This document shows, in pieces, positions 35,476-44,678 of a DNA stretch of 64,000 nt. The notes under the pieces are model-generated. The model was not told the DNA's origin and searched no databases. It was given only the letters and a program-made list of their open reading frames with translations. Within the stretch, counting starts at the first letter, position 1; every line of letters begins with the position of its first letter. The DNA is from a virus, in IMG/VR virus record IMGVR_UViG_3300012931_000002, positions 3,729 through 67,728 of that record; one strand, 5' to 3'. Position numbers and translations under genes: made by a program.

Positions 35476-37458
35476 TTATAACGCTTTTCCCCACGTCTCG
35501 CCGAGCTTCGCCGAAACTTGAACGGGGACCTTCAACTTGATCGCGTCGCGCATGCCGACTTGCAGGGCTTCCCAAGCCTCGCGCCCGCGCTTCGTCCGCG
35601 GAACGGACACGTTCGTTTCGTCGTAGATCGTCGAAAGGTACGGCCCGAGCGCGTCGGGCGCGGTCAACCCCGATTCGGCGCCGTCGGCCATAAAAAGCTT
35701 GATCCAATCCGCGTTGCTCGATTGCATTTTGCGATTCAGCGCGGCGTACGTTTGATAGCGAACGATACGCGGCCCCCACTTCTTCAGCGCTTCTTCGCGG
35801 CGGAGCGGCGTCGCGGGATTGTCCCAGTCCTTCTTCGCCGGTTCCCAGAGGAGGAAGCGCTGGCGACGGCGGAGGATCGACCGAACGAAACCGTACTTGT
35901 TCGCGTAGTTCTGACACGCCTCGAACGTCGCCTTGTTGAACGGAAGCTTTTCGTCGTACAGGTCCATGAAGTCCTGCGCGTCCGCCTTCGAACAACCGAG
36001 CATCGTACTTATCTTGTTCGCGCGGGCTCCGTACGTTTTTCCGAAGTTCAGATTTTTCACGTATTTTCGCCGCTTCTTGTCCTCCGGCGGAATACCCGCA
36101 AGCTCCGCGCACATCTTGTGATAGTCGGTCGTCGGGTCTTCGTTGTAGCGCCGACGGACTTCTTCCGATCCGGGACCGACGGCGAAGTGCGCGAGCAACC
36201 GATACTCGATCTGCGATAAGTCCGCCGAACCCCAGTCCTCGCCCTCCTCCGGAAGGAACAGCCCCCTGATCAGGGGGGCGACCTCGCGAAGGGATTCGTC
36301 GGCGCGGTCGTCGTCGCGGCCTGGGATGTTCGCGAGGTTCGGGTTCGCGGAAGCCGTTCGCGCGATCGTTCCGCCGCCGTCGTCCTTGAGCTGCTTCCAC
36401 TCGGAATGGATTCGACCGTTGACGTGATGGCCGAGGATGTTGCCTTCGATGAAGGTCGTGATCAGCGTATTGACCTTCCGCGCGTTGAAGATCGCCGCGC
36501 AGAGGGGGTCGTCTAAGTGCGCCTGCAAGAATTCTTTTCGGATCGACGGCGCGGGTTCGCCGTTCGGAAGCTTCTTCTTCGGAGCCGTCGGGACCGTTAT
36601 CCCGCGCGCGCGGATCGCGTCGACGAACGTGTCCGGGATCAGAATCTCCGCCTTCGGGCCGGCTAACCTCCGGACCTCGCCGACGATTCGGTCGCGAATC
36701 TTCGAAAGCTCTCCGTGGACGCGATCCGTTCCCGCGACGTCTACGCGAACGCCGCGCCGCGTCATCTCGATGAGCGGCTTTACGAGTCGCCTTTCGACGT
36801 CCCAAACCGCGCCTAGCTCTTCTTCCTCGATCTTCTTCCGCTGTAGCTTTATGATCTTGAGCGGAAGGTCGACGTCGCCCTCGGCGTAGGCGCCGACGAA
36901 GGCCGCCGGGAGTCGCCAGAGGTTGCCCTTTATTTCCTTCTCGGTCTTCCATCCACGCGCCGCCGCGGCCTGTTCGAGGCCGCCCTGAACCTTTCGCTCA
37001 CCGAGATAGTCCGCCGACAACGCGTTGAGGTTAAACTCGTAGCGCCACTCGTCGATAAGGGGCTCGGCGATTTGAACGTCGTCGAAGTATCGTACGTGCG
37101 GGAACGTAATGCCGTTCTCCGCGAGCCAGTCGAGGTCGTAGGCGAGCTTCGCCCCGACGACAGTCCCCCGAAAAGCATTTAGCTCTTCGCGTGCCCATCG
37201 CCAGACGAGCGCCTCGTCGAGGTTCCCGCCGCCCTCATGGCGGACGGGGAAGTACCATCGGCGACCGTCGTCAGTCCCAACGGCTAGGCCGACGACGTAG
37301 TTCCCCGGCCGTCGTACGCCGGGACCGAGCGCCTGTAAGTCCGGATCGCGCGTCTCGACGTCGACGGCGAGTTCGCCGGTTCTTGGTAACGTCGGGAGTT
37401 CGACCGGGGGGAACCACGGCTCGGCGTCCTCTAGCTCGACGGCGGAGAGGAGGTTCAT
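35476..37458 (-). CDS. polA: Family A DNA polymerase with 3'-5' exonuclease domain
   Basis: VDVET and YAEGD exonuclease motifs; motif A DLSQIEYR, motif B KNLNFGKTYG, motif C IYDE. Start at MNLL after GAGGA. Confidence 0.9.
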   Translation of the reverse strand: MNLLSAVELEDAEPWFPPVELPTLPRTGELAVDVETRDPDLQALGPGVRRPGNYVVGLAVGTDDGRRWYFPVRHEGGGNLDEALVWRWAREELNAFRGTVVGAKLAYDLDWLAENGITFPHVRYFDDVQIAEPLIDEWRYEFNLNALSADYLGERKVQGGLEQAAAARGWKTEKEIKGNLWRLPAAFVGAYAEGDVDLPLKIIKLQRKKIEEEELGAVWDVERRLVKPLIEMTRRGVRVDVAGTDRVHGELSKIRDRIVGEVRRLAGPKAEILIPDTFVDAIRARGITVPTAPKKKLPNGEPAPSIRKEFLQAHLDDPLCAAIFNARKVNTLITTFIEGNILGHHVNGRIHSEWKQLKDDGGGTIARTASANPNLANIPGRDDDRADESLREVAPLIRGLFLPEEGEDWGSADLSQIEYRLLAHFAVGPGSEEVRRRYNEDPTTDYHKMCAELAGIPPEDKKRRKYVKNLNFGKTYGARANKISTMLGCSKADAQDFMDLYDEKLPFNKATFEACQNYANKYGFVRSILRRRQRFLLWEPAKKDWDNPATPLRREEALKKWGPRIVRYQTYAALNRKMQSSNADWIKLFMADGAESGLTAPDALGPYLSTIYDETNVSVPRTKRGREAWEALQVGMRDAIKLKVPVQVSAKLGETWGKAL

Positions 37459-37469
37459 CCGTTCGGTCC

Positions 37470-37946
37470 TCAAAAGACCATCCCACCGTAGACCTTCGCC
37501 GCCGCGCGAAGTTTCGTCGCGTCCTTCGCGCGCATACCAATCAGGAGCGACGAGAACCACTTCTGCTCCCACGGCTTCCCGGTCGTCTTAAAGAATGTTA
37601 GGCGACCTTCCGGAAGCCAGAGCGAATGACATGCCGCGAGAATACCCTGCGTTGCCCGCGTTTCCGTTGATCGGCCGTTGAGCAGCGCGATCCCGTTCCC
37701 GTGCTCTATGAACTTCTTCGCCCAAGCGCAGACGCCGCGGTACGGTGGATTCATGAAGACGCGACCCTTCCAAGGCGCCGCGAGACCGTCTTCGCGCGGA
37801 GCGATCATCTTCTTCGCCGTCGGCCAGGGCATCGTCTCCGGCGTCGCGACGTCGCAGTCGAAGGGTCCGAGGAGCTTGATCAGTTCCGGATCGGTCAAAT
37901 AGTCGTTCGACCAGTTCTTCTGATCGGAGTAGGGCGCGGCTTTCAT
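37470..37946 (-). CDS. Phage-type DNA N6-adenine methyltransferase
   Basis: LGPFDCDVA, DGLAAPW and FMNPPY motifs; ATGA-overlap start. Confidence 0.8.
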   Translation of the reverse strand: MKAAPYSDQKNWSNDYLTDPELIKLLGPFDCDVATPETMPWPTAKKMIAPREDGLAAPWKGRVFMNPPYRGVCAWAKKFIEHGNGIALLNGRSTETRATQGILAACHSLWLPEGRLTFFKTTGKPWEQKWFSSLLIGMRAKDATKLRAAAKVYGGMVF

Positions 37947-38593
37947 AACTTCTCCGTGAGCCAGGCGGCGAAATCGCCGAACCGGAAAAACTCTACCGGG
38001 CTTCCGGGAAGGCACGAGACGTCGAGTGGCCTCTGGACGCCCGCGAGCGAAAGCTCCTTCGCGAGGACGTCTCCGGGAACCGCCCCGGCGCGGAGCTTCT
38101 CCGCTAGCGTAAGGCGCCAGAGGACCGTCGCAGGGTATCCCGACGCGGCCGGTGTCCGGTCGACGACGATCATGACGCCGCCGACGCGGAGCTTTTCCCA
38201 GGCTCGGGCGAGGACGGCCTTCCGGCAGTCTGGAGGGAGGAACATGAGCGTCAGCATAAACACTGACGCGTCGTGCTCTACCCACTCGACGTCCTCGGCG
38301 GCCTTCCGGACGAGTTCACCGGGGCCGCGCCAGAGCGCCGACATCTCGGCGCTCGGTTCTACGGAAATCAGGTGGGCGCCGCGCGCGAGGAGGACCGGCG
38401 CGAGTTCCCGCCCGACGTTCCCGGTCGACGCGCCGACGTCGTAGACGGTTCCCTCGCGCGAGAGGTAGTGCGCCGCGACGTGCGCGACGGCCCTCGTCAC
38501 GAAGGGGTAGAACGGGAGCTGCTCGACGACATGCTCGTCGAACTTCCGTGCGACCTCCTCGTCCTCGAAGGTCCAAGTTTCCGGTATTTTCAT
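37943..38593 (-). CDS. CmoA-like SAM-dependent enzyme (putative carboxy-SAM synthase)
   Basis: WTF..EVARKFDEHV..QLPFY, VYDVGASTG and LTLMFLP motifs parallel CmoA (WTF...VA..F..M..RSVPGY, VYDLGCS.G, FTLQFL). Confidence 0.75.
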   Translation of the reverse strand: MKIPETWTFEDEEVARKFDEHVVEQLPFYPFVTRAVAHVAAHYLSREGTVYDVGASTGNVGRELAPVLLARGAHLISVEPSAEMSALWRGPGELVRKAAEDVEWVEHDASVFMLTLMFLPPDCRKAVLARAWEKLRVGGVMIVVDRTPAASGYPATVLWRLTLAEKLRAGAVPGDVLAKELSLAGVQRPLDVSCLPGSPVEFFRFGDFAAWLTEKL

Positions 38594-39687
38594 TTAGCCT
38601 TCCTCGCTTCTCTAAGCTCCCGGTACGGAATCAAGACGCGATCCCGAACCGTCGCCGCGATTGCCCACATCATTAGCGGCGGAACGGCGCGGCCCATCCG
38701 CTCCCACTGCTGCTCGCGGCTTCCCGTAAGGGCGAAATCGTCGGGAAACGAACAAATCCGGCGAACCTCCGGAATCGAGAACTTCCGCTTCTCGGTCGGG
38801 TGGCAGACGCCCGCGATCCCCGGCGCGCCGTGGCTTGCGAGGATTGTCGGCGACGGCTTCGTCCGGCTCGCGCGGATTAGGTTAAAGTACCGATCCGACT
38901 GCTCGCCTTCCCGGCACTTCTCCCATTCCGGCCCGATCGCGTACCGCGAGATATCAGGACCGTCGCGCGGCTCCGGCGCTACTATTGAATCGTCGACCAT
39001 CCAAGGGCAGGCGTCACCAAGCGTATAGCGGAAGTCGAACGGCTCCGGATGCGCCGGTTCGAGCCCGAGGTCCTCGCGGACACCGACGAAGATTATCCGC
39101 GTCCGCTGCTGCGGGACGCCGAGCCATTGCGCGTCGAGGAGCCGCGCCGCGACGCGGTATCCTAAAGCTTTCGAGCGCGAGAGGATTTCGTTAAAGTACC
39201 CGACGGCAACCCCCCTGACTAATCCGGCGACGTTCTCGGCGACGAAGGTCTTCGGGCGAATACCATCGAGGAGGCGGAGATATTCGAAGAAGAGGTCGTC
39301 GGTCCTCTGCGAGGAATCCGAATACTTCTTTACGCCGCCCCATCCTTTAGATTGAGAACCAGAAGTGGAAAAACTGGCGCAGGGCGGCGAGCCATCAAAG
39401 AGGTCTAACTGCCCCGGCTTTAGCCCGATCCGTTCGAGGACGTCCTTGGCCGTCACCTCGCGAATATCGCGCCCGTCGACATAGGTATAGTCGGCGGCGT
39501 TTTCGGCGTAGGTTTTCCGCGCCTCGGGAATAAACTCGTTCGCGTAGGCAACGCGAAATCCCGCTATCCTGTAACCAAGAGATGAGCCACCACAGCCGCT
39601 GAACGTCGAAGCAACGACGAACCCATTCGGTTCGAGCGCGCGGATTTCCGCCATAGACGGAACGCGGTACGGAGGATGGTCGGTCAT
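38590..39687 (-). CDS. C5-cytosine DNA methyltransferase with motif X Asn->Arg (putative carboxymethyltransferase)
   Basis: FSGCGG, GSPPCASFS, ENV, Q.R.R and SFPDDF motifs; GRAVPP in place of GNAVPP. Confidence 0.85.
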   Translation of the reverse strand: MTDHPPYRVPSMAEIRALEPNGFVVASTFSGCGGSSLGYRIAGFRVAYANEFIPEARKTYAENAADYTYVDGRDIREVTAKDVLERIGLKPGQLDLFDGSPPCASFSTSGSQSKGWGGVKKYSDSSQRTDDLFFEYLRLLDGIRPKTFVAENVAGLVRGVAVGYFNEILSRSKALGYRVAARLLDAQWLGVPQQRTRIIFVGVREDLGLEPAHPEPFDFRYTLGDACPWMVDDSIVAPEPRDGPDISRYAIGPEWEKCREGEQSDRYFNLIRASRTKPSPTILASHGAPGIAGVCHPTEKRKFSIPEVRRICSFPDDFALTGSREQQWERMGRAVPPLMMWAIAATVRDRVLIPYRELREARKAK

Positions 39688-39923
39688 TCGGTCGCTACTT
39701 TCGTGTCTTCTTCGTTCGGCTTCGCGTTTCCGCGCCACGCATACGCGCAGCAGGGACACGCATACTCGGTCTCGATACCGTTCGAGAAGTCAGGCCATAC
39801 TTCCGGCGGAATCGCGCTCTCGGGATCATACCCGGCGAGGTCGGAAATCGCCTTGACGTCGAATAGCGCGCCGCCGGAGGCGATACTCGAAGGGCCTAGC
39901 GAGGAGGAGCGGAGCTTGGCCAT
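39684..39923 (-). CDS. Small protein with C-terminal zinc-ribbon-like motif
   Basis: IETEYACPCCAYAW; ATGA-coupled to the C5 methyltransferase. Confidence 0.6.
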   Translation of the reverse strand: MAKLRSSSLGPSSIASGGALFDVKAISDLAGYDPESAIPPEVWPDFSNGIETEYACPCCAYAWRGNAKPNEEDTKVATE

Positions 39924-40670
39924 CTAGTCTAGCCCCGCGAGGAGATTTCCGTTAGCTCCCGCCTCTATACGGCTTGTCATAGCAGCGAAGTAGTCGGGAT
40001 TTTTTTCAATTAATATATAGGCGCGTCCCGTAGACTTCGCGGCGATTCCGGTCGTTCCGGACCCGGCGCAGTTATCGAGGACGAGATCTCCCGGATTAGA
40101 GTATGTTCGGATTAAGAAGGAGAATAATGCTGCTGGTTTTTGCGTAGGATGATCGAGAGCGCCGTCGTCTAGTGGTAAGTCTATGATACTTTTCGGGTAT
40201 CCGGTAAACTCTTGCTTGTAAGGCTCTTTCGGTGCTCCGGCATTAAAGTTTGTGCTTTTCGACGGAGCAGTTCCGCCCAGAGGCTTAGTTACCGGCGTTA
40301 GGTCGCGCGGAAAATAGTTCGGAGGCTCCCGGCCAAATACGACGACGTCTTCGTGTATCTTTAGTGGTTGCTTCTTTGCAAGCATAACGTTCGCAGGACG
40401 TACTTTTTTAAATACCCAGCAGTAACGGAACCATGCATAGTTAGACGCGATCAGCCGCGTCGTAAAAGGCTGGCTCGCCGTTAAAATGATCGGGGCGTTT
40501 GGCTTCGTGACGCGCGCGTAAGCAGCCCAGAGCGGCTCGAATGGGATAACTTTGTCCCATTCGTTCGACGTCGTTCCGTATGGAAGATCACATAGTATCA
40601 TATCGATTGACGCGTTAGGAATCTCCTTCATGCGCTCTAAGCAGTCACCTTCGAGTATTACGTTCCGCAC
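39924..40670 (-). CDS. Beta-class N4-cytosine/N6-adenine DNA methyltransferase
   Basis: GDCLE, DLPYG, HPTQKP and LDNCAGSGTT motifs; GTG start after GGAGG; AT-richer. Confidence 0.88.
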   Translation of the reverse strand: MRNVILEGDCLERMKEIPNASIDMILCDLPYGTTSNEWDKVIPFEPLWAAYARVTKPNAPIILTASQPFTTRLIASNYAWFRYCWVFKKVRPANVMLAKKQPLKIHEDVVVFGREPPNYFPRDLTPVTKPLGGTAPSKSTNFNAGAPKEPYKQEFTGYPKSIIDLPLDDGALDHPTQKPAALFSFLIRTYSNPGDLVLDNCAGSGTTGIAAKSTGRAYILIEKNPDYFAAMTSRIEAGANGNLLAGLD

Positions 40671-40671
40671 G

Positions 40672-41688
40672 CTAATTCCTCCCCGTAACGAGCCCGCGTA
40701 CGACCGGGCCGACGAACGCCGCCGGAGCCGGATAGGCCGACAAATCCCAGCCTTCCGCGTTCGCGACGACGAGGTCCGCGATCGCCTTATGCCACTTCGA
40801 GTATTCCCGGCCCTCGGGAACCACGCTCTCGACGAGTTCTTCGACGATAGCGATACGCTCTTCTCCGCCGTTTCCGATAATCTTACCTCGCGCGCCGACG
40901 ATCCGGTCGGTATAAAACGCGACCTCGTCTTCGGCGAAGCCCGCGACCCGTACGAACGCCTCGCGCCATTCCGGCGATATTTCCGGCGGGTTCGCGCTCG
41001 TCGCTGCCTTTTCCGCGAGCCGGTCGATTGTTCCGGGAACTTTCCCGTCGACAAGTTGCGAGGCAAGCCAGGACCCGTCCGGCCAGAAGAACGCGGCGCG
41101 GTTCGCCGAGAGTGCGATTCGATCAGGCGGCTCCTTCGCCGCGAGGACGGCCGCGAGCGCCCGCTTCGGGATCAGCGCGTCCGTCCCGAAGTCGGGGATC
41201 GCGGCATAGGCGTAGACGACCGCGGAAGGCCCTACGGCCGACGCCCGGCCGCGTTGAATGATTAACGAGTTCATCCAAGCCGGAACAGGGTCGTCGGAGA
41301 TAAAGTTCGAGAGGACGGCGAACCGCGCAAGCGTCGCCGAATCGAGGGTATGCGCGTCCTCGTCGTCGGGAGCCGCCGGAAGGACCGGCGGAGATTCCGT
41401 CGCGAGCCGGACCTTCGCCTCGAAGCTCCCGGCGACGATCCGGAGGACACCGCGCTCGATCCGCATCTCGGGGTCGGACGGCATTCTCCCGAGAACGGCC
41501 TCAAACTCCGCGCCCGCGACGACGACGTCCCCTCCCCACGGAAAGGGAGCCGCCGCCGAAGCGAAGCGCGAGGTCGCGGCGATCGTCCCGCCGGAAATCG
41601 AAAGCCAGGAGAACGCTCCGCCGTCCTCCTTGTCGAGCGCGGATTTCACGCGGGCGATAGCCGCGACGGCGCGGGAGAGGTCCATCAC
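40672..41688 (-). CDS. Divergent DNA polymerase III beta-clamp-like protein
   Basis: 338 aa with a three-fold alpha/beta repeat pattern; LIPKRAL and SQLVDGKVP recall DnaN. Confidence 0.55.
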   Translation of the reverse strand: MMDLSRAVAAIARVKSALDKEDGGAFSWLSISGGTIAATSRFASAAAPFPWGGDVVVAGAEFEAVLGRMPSDPEMRIERGVLRIVAGSFEAKVRLATESPPVLPAAPDDEDAHTLDSATLARFAVLSNFISDDPVPAWMNSLIIQRGRASAVGPSAVVYAYAAIPDFGTDALIPKRALAAVLAAKEPPDRIALSANRAAFFWPDGSWLASQLVDGKVPGTIDRLAEKAATSANPPEISPEWREAFVRVAGFAEDEVAFYTDRIVGARGKIIGNGGEERIAIVEELVESVVPEGREYSKWHKAIADLVVANAEGWDLSAYPAPAAFVGPVVRGLVTGRN

Positions 41689-41689
41689 C

Positions 41690-42406
41690 CTAGCGCCCGA
41701 AGACGGAATCGAGCGAGGCGCCCTTCGGCAGCGAGAAGGTGACCTTTCCGTCGTCGAACGCTACGGTTGACCCTTCGATCGCCTCGGAGACCTTCCGGAG
41801 GCGAATCTTCGCGCGGGTCGGCGCGTCGGTCGATCCCTCCGAAGACGTCCCGGCGCGGCTCGCGAGGGCCTTGAGGCTAATCCCCGGATTCTCGACCGCG
41901 ATCCGGAGGAGCTTCCCGCGGTTCGACGATTCGCGGACGAGCGCCGCCGTTCCGCCGCTCTTCTTCTCGCGCGGGGCCTTCGGCGCTTTCGCGACCTTTT
42001 CGACTTTCGCCTTCTTCGCCTTGGCAGGCTTCTTCGTCGCCATTTCGTCTTCCTTATTAGCCGCGGTTTCGCCCGAACTCGTCGGCGCGGCAGCCTCCGG
42101 GGCTTGGTTCTGGTAGAGTTCCTCGATCAGCGCGAAGACACGCTCGGCGCCGGCCGTCCGTGACTTGAAGCGCTCGGTCGTTTCGCGCCCGAGGCGCTCG
42201 GCGAGGACGTTGTAGAGCCGGACGAGCCGCGGCCCCGAGAGGTCGGCGGCCGGGGCCTTCGAGATAAGGTCGAGGGGTTCGGCAATCGCGACGAGTTCCG
42301 CCGTATCGGCGTCGGAGGTACTTGCTATCGCGCTCTGCGCAACGCCGAGGCTCGCGGCGACCGTCGCGAAGCCGGTCGTCATGTTGACTACGTACGCTTT
42401 CGTCAT
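41690..42406 (-). CDS. Hypothetical protein with Lys/Ala-rich linker and possible C-terminal winged helix
   Basis: GGGAGA RBS downstream of a promoter motif; KKPAKAKKAK tract. Confidence 0.65.
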   Translation of the reverse strand: MTKAYVVNMTTGFATVAASLGVAQSAIASTSDADTAELVAIAEPLDLISKAPAADLSGPRLVRLYNVLAERLGRETTERFKSRTAGAERVFALIEELYQNQAPEAAAPTSSGETAANKEDEMATKKPAKAKKAKVEKVAKAPKAPREKKSGGTAALVRESSNRGKLLRIAVENPGISLKALASRAGTSSEGSTDAPTRAKIRLRKVSEAIEGSTVAFDDGKVTFSLPKGASLDSVFGR

Positions 42407-42440
42407 TTAGGAATCTCCCGATTCGTTGGTTAGTTCGCCA

Positions 42441-42470
42441 AGTGTATCCGCACGCGGCGGAAAAGTAAAG
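42441..42470 (-). promoter_or_regulatory. Sigma70-like promoter of the repeated CTTTACTTTTCC family
   Basis: TTTACT-17-TACACT. Confidence 0.7.
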
Positions 42471-42473
42471 TAC

Positions 42474-42803
42474 TCATTTCGCGACGATATGAACTTCTCC
42501 GCCGAGGGCCGTCGCTTCGGCGATCCGACGCGCCGCGAGTTCGATTTCATTGCGGAGAGAGGCGGCCTCGTCGTGGCCGTATGGGAGCTTCGCGCGCGGC
42601 GCCGCGATCTGGTAGAGAATCGTACGGCCAACTTCGATCGGCGCCGTCGCATCCGTACCCTCGTGCGCAATAAGTATGCCTGCCTGCGTAAAGGCCCTCC
42701 GTAAATCTTCTTCGCCAGGAGAGCCTTCGCCGTCGGCAATAGCGTCCGCTACAGCCTCGCATACGGCGGACCAGTCAACATTTTCTTGATTCGGCGTCGT
42801 CAT
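42474..42803 (-). CDS. Hypothetical protein
   Basis: ATGA-overlap start MTTPNQ. Confidence 0.55.
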   Translation of the reverse strand: MTTPNQENVDWSAVCEAVADAIADGEGSPGEEDLRRAFTQAGILIAHEGTDATAPIEVGRTILYQIAAPRAKLPYGHDEAASLRNEIELAARRIAEATALGGEVHIVAK

Positions 42804-43081
42804 TTCGATTCCCTTCCGGCACGCAGGAGCGCCCGCTCTTCCTTCGTCAACGTCAATTCGAGCCGCGCTATGACGCATCCAGCGTCGGCGTTCCCGCGCG
42901 GCGGCTTAGCCGCGAGCGCGTAAAGCTCGCGATAGTACCGGCGCGCTACTTCGATACTCCCTTCGGCGTCCTCATCGCGCCGAAGGTACTCGATCACGTT
43001 CGAGGCGGCAAAGATCGGCCCCCAGCCGGCCGCGACGATCGCGTCCCATGCCTGAGGCTCGATGCGGCCGGGTTCGCTCAC
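42800..43081 (-). CDS. DUF3310-like protein
   Basis: AWDAI...F...NVIEYLRR...ARRY pattern. Confidence 0.5.
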   Translation of the reverse strand: MSEPGRIEPQAWDAIVAAGWGPIFAASNVIEYLRRDEDAEGSIEVARRYYRELYALAAKPPRGNADAGCVIARLELTLTKEERALLRAGRESK

Positions 43082-43254
43082 GGCTTCTTCCTCCGAATCG
43101 GAACGACGTTGCTCGAACCGCCAGAAAGCTCGGCGAAGATGATCGCTTCCTTTCGACGAAGGTTCTCGACGAGGCGCTCGCGCTCTTCGATCGTGCCGGC
43201 GGCGCGAATCTTACTCGCCGTTTCCGCGTCCATGCGCGCGAAGTCGGGCATCAT
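43078..43254 (-). CDS. 58-aa hypothetical protein (not in ORF track)
   Basis: Overlapping start/stop at both ends; ends SNVVPIRRKKP. Confidence 0.55.
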   Translation of the reverse strand: MMPDFARMDAETASKIRAAGTIEERERLVENLRRKEAIIFAELSGGSSNVVPIRRKKP

Positions 43255-43502
43255 TTCCGCGCCTCCGCCTCGATCTGATTCCGCGTAATCCCGGAAATGT
43301 CGCTCGCGCGGCGGATTCGTTCGGGGCGGTTATCGCTCGTCCCTTCGTTCACGAACCGCACGGCCGCGCGGAGGAGCGAAGTCCGCAGCGACGCGATCCT
43401 CTTCACCCCCTGATCTTCGTCGTAAGCGCCAGGGGGTTTCGCGCTCTTCTCCGCCTTCACGGCGGAGAGGACTTCGGGGACGATCTTCAGGCTCGATCTC
43501 AT
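43251..43502 (-). CDS. Hypothetical protein
   Basis: ATGA overlaps; AAGGA RBS. Confidence 0.5.
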   Translation of the reverse strand: MRSSLKIVPEVLSAVKAEKSAKPPGAYDEDQGVKRIASLRTSLLRAAVRFVNEGTSDNRPERIRRASDISGITRNQIEAEARK

Positions 43503-43879
43503 TTCGATTCCTTCATCTTTTCTTGAGCCGCCGCGTTCGCGGCGTCGAACGTTTCGAACCGGCGGTCGTCGTAGACGCCGCTTATCGAAAAAGCGTACCG
43601 ACGCGCCGATACTAGCGAGCACTTAGCGCTCCCGCGAGCCGGAATTCTCGCATGGTCGCGATGCGAAGCGTCTTTTCCGCATTTGACGCAAACGCGAATA
43701 CCGAAGACCGCGATGGGCGAGTATGTCACCTGCGGATGGCGCTTTAGCGTAAACTTCTGCAGCGTTGCGGACATCGTTCCGTCGTTCATTAGCGCCAGTG
43801 CGTGCTTCGACGGCTTGAAGGACAGCCGCGTCGGAACGCCGTTTACGATCACGCGGTAGCCGCCAGTATAATAGTCCAC
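43499..43879 (-). CDS. Hypothetical protein
   Basis: GGAGG RBS, GTG start; contains CVKCG. Confidence 0.5.
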   Translation of the reverse strand: MDYYTGGYRVIVNGVPTRLSFKPSKHALALMNDGTMSATLQKFTLKRHPQVTYSPIAVFGIRVCVKCGKDASHRDHARIPARGSAKCSLVSARRYAFSISGVYDDRRFETFDAANAAAQEKMKESK

Positions 43880-43881
43880 GA

Positions 43882-44676
43882 TCAGCCCTCCGATTCGCCA
43901 TCGACTTTACTCTTCCTTTCCGGGAAAAGTAAAGGCGCGAATTCGTTCTCGATGGCTTTGGCTCGCGCTGCGAAGGATTCGATTCCTTTGAGGACGTTCT
44001 TTAGGCCGTTAAACCCATTTCCGGCGAATCCGAGTTCGACGACGACCTCGATGGCGCGGACGATCTGCGCTTCGGAAAGGTCGCCTAGTCCGCCGTAAGA
44101 CTTGATCGCCCGCGCGAACGCTTCGTGCTTCTTCATGATTTCGTTCGACGACGCTAATCGCTGCGCGATCGAGCGCTCCGATCGTTCTTCGATCTTCTTA
44201 CGCTCCGCTTCGACGCGAGCCGCGATGATCGATTCCATCATCCGTTCGTCGCGTCCGGCGGAAGCTCTAGCTAGGCTCGCGAAGAAGGAGCGGTCGACGA
44301 CCGAAGCTTCCCGCTTGTCGGGTGCTTTTTTCTGGCAGACTTTGCCGTCGTCGACTTCGAAGAGGCCCCAACCTACCGGCAATTCCTTCGGATCGATCAA
44401 GCCCTTCGGGGCCGCGATCAACCAGAAATCACAGAAACGCGCGATCGCTTCGGCCTTCGCCGGATCGGCGAGTTCGCGCTTGAAATCCCCACGCGACACC
44501 TTGATTTCGAATCCGAAGATCGCGAGCCCGCGGGAAGGCCACAGGTTCATGGCGACCGCGTCCGCATGCCGCCGCGCGGCTGCCCCCGTTCCGTCGGAAA
44601 CTTCGAAGAACAGCGCCCATTCCGGCGCCTTATACGCTTCCGCGAGCGCGGCCTTGATTTCGGAGGAAGTCGTCAT
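43882..44676 (-). CDS. MmcB-like PD-(D/E)XK nuclease-fold protein
   Basis: EV...R.ADAVA...GFEIKVSRGDF..EL..P.K...CDFW...AP. Confidence 0.75.
   Translation of the reverse strand: MTTSSEIKAALAEAYKAPEWALFFEVSDGTGAAARRHADAVAMNLWPSRGLAIFGFEIKVSRGDFKRELADPAKAEAIARFCDFWLIAAPKGLIDPKELPVGWGLFEVDDGKVCQKKAPDKREASVVDRSFFASLARASAGRDERMMESIIAARVEAERKKIEERSERSIAQRLASSNEIMKKHEAFARAIKSYGGLGDLSEAQIVRAIEVVVELGFAGNGFNGLKNVLKGIESFAARAKAIENEFAPLLFPERKSKVDGESEG
43904..43934 (-). promoter_or_regulatory. Promoter of the repeated CTTTACTTTTCC family, within the 3' end of the upstream gene
   Basis: TTTACT-18-TAAAGT; also an imperfect inverted repeat. Confidence 0.5.
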
Positions 44677-44678
44677 CG

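Noticed and set aside
34222-37458. Intron or intein in polA or the exonuclease carrying the GIY-YIG gene
   Set aside because: Both genes have complete uninterrupted motifs; the endonuclease has its own coupled start and stop.
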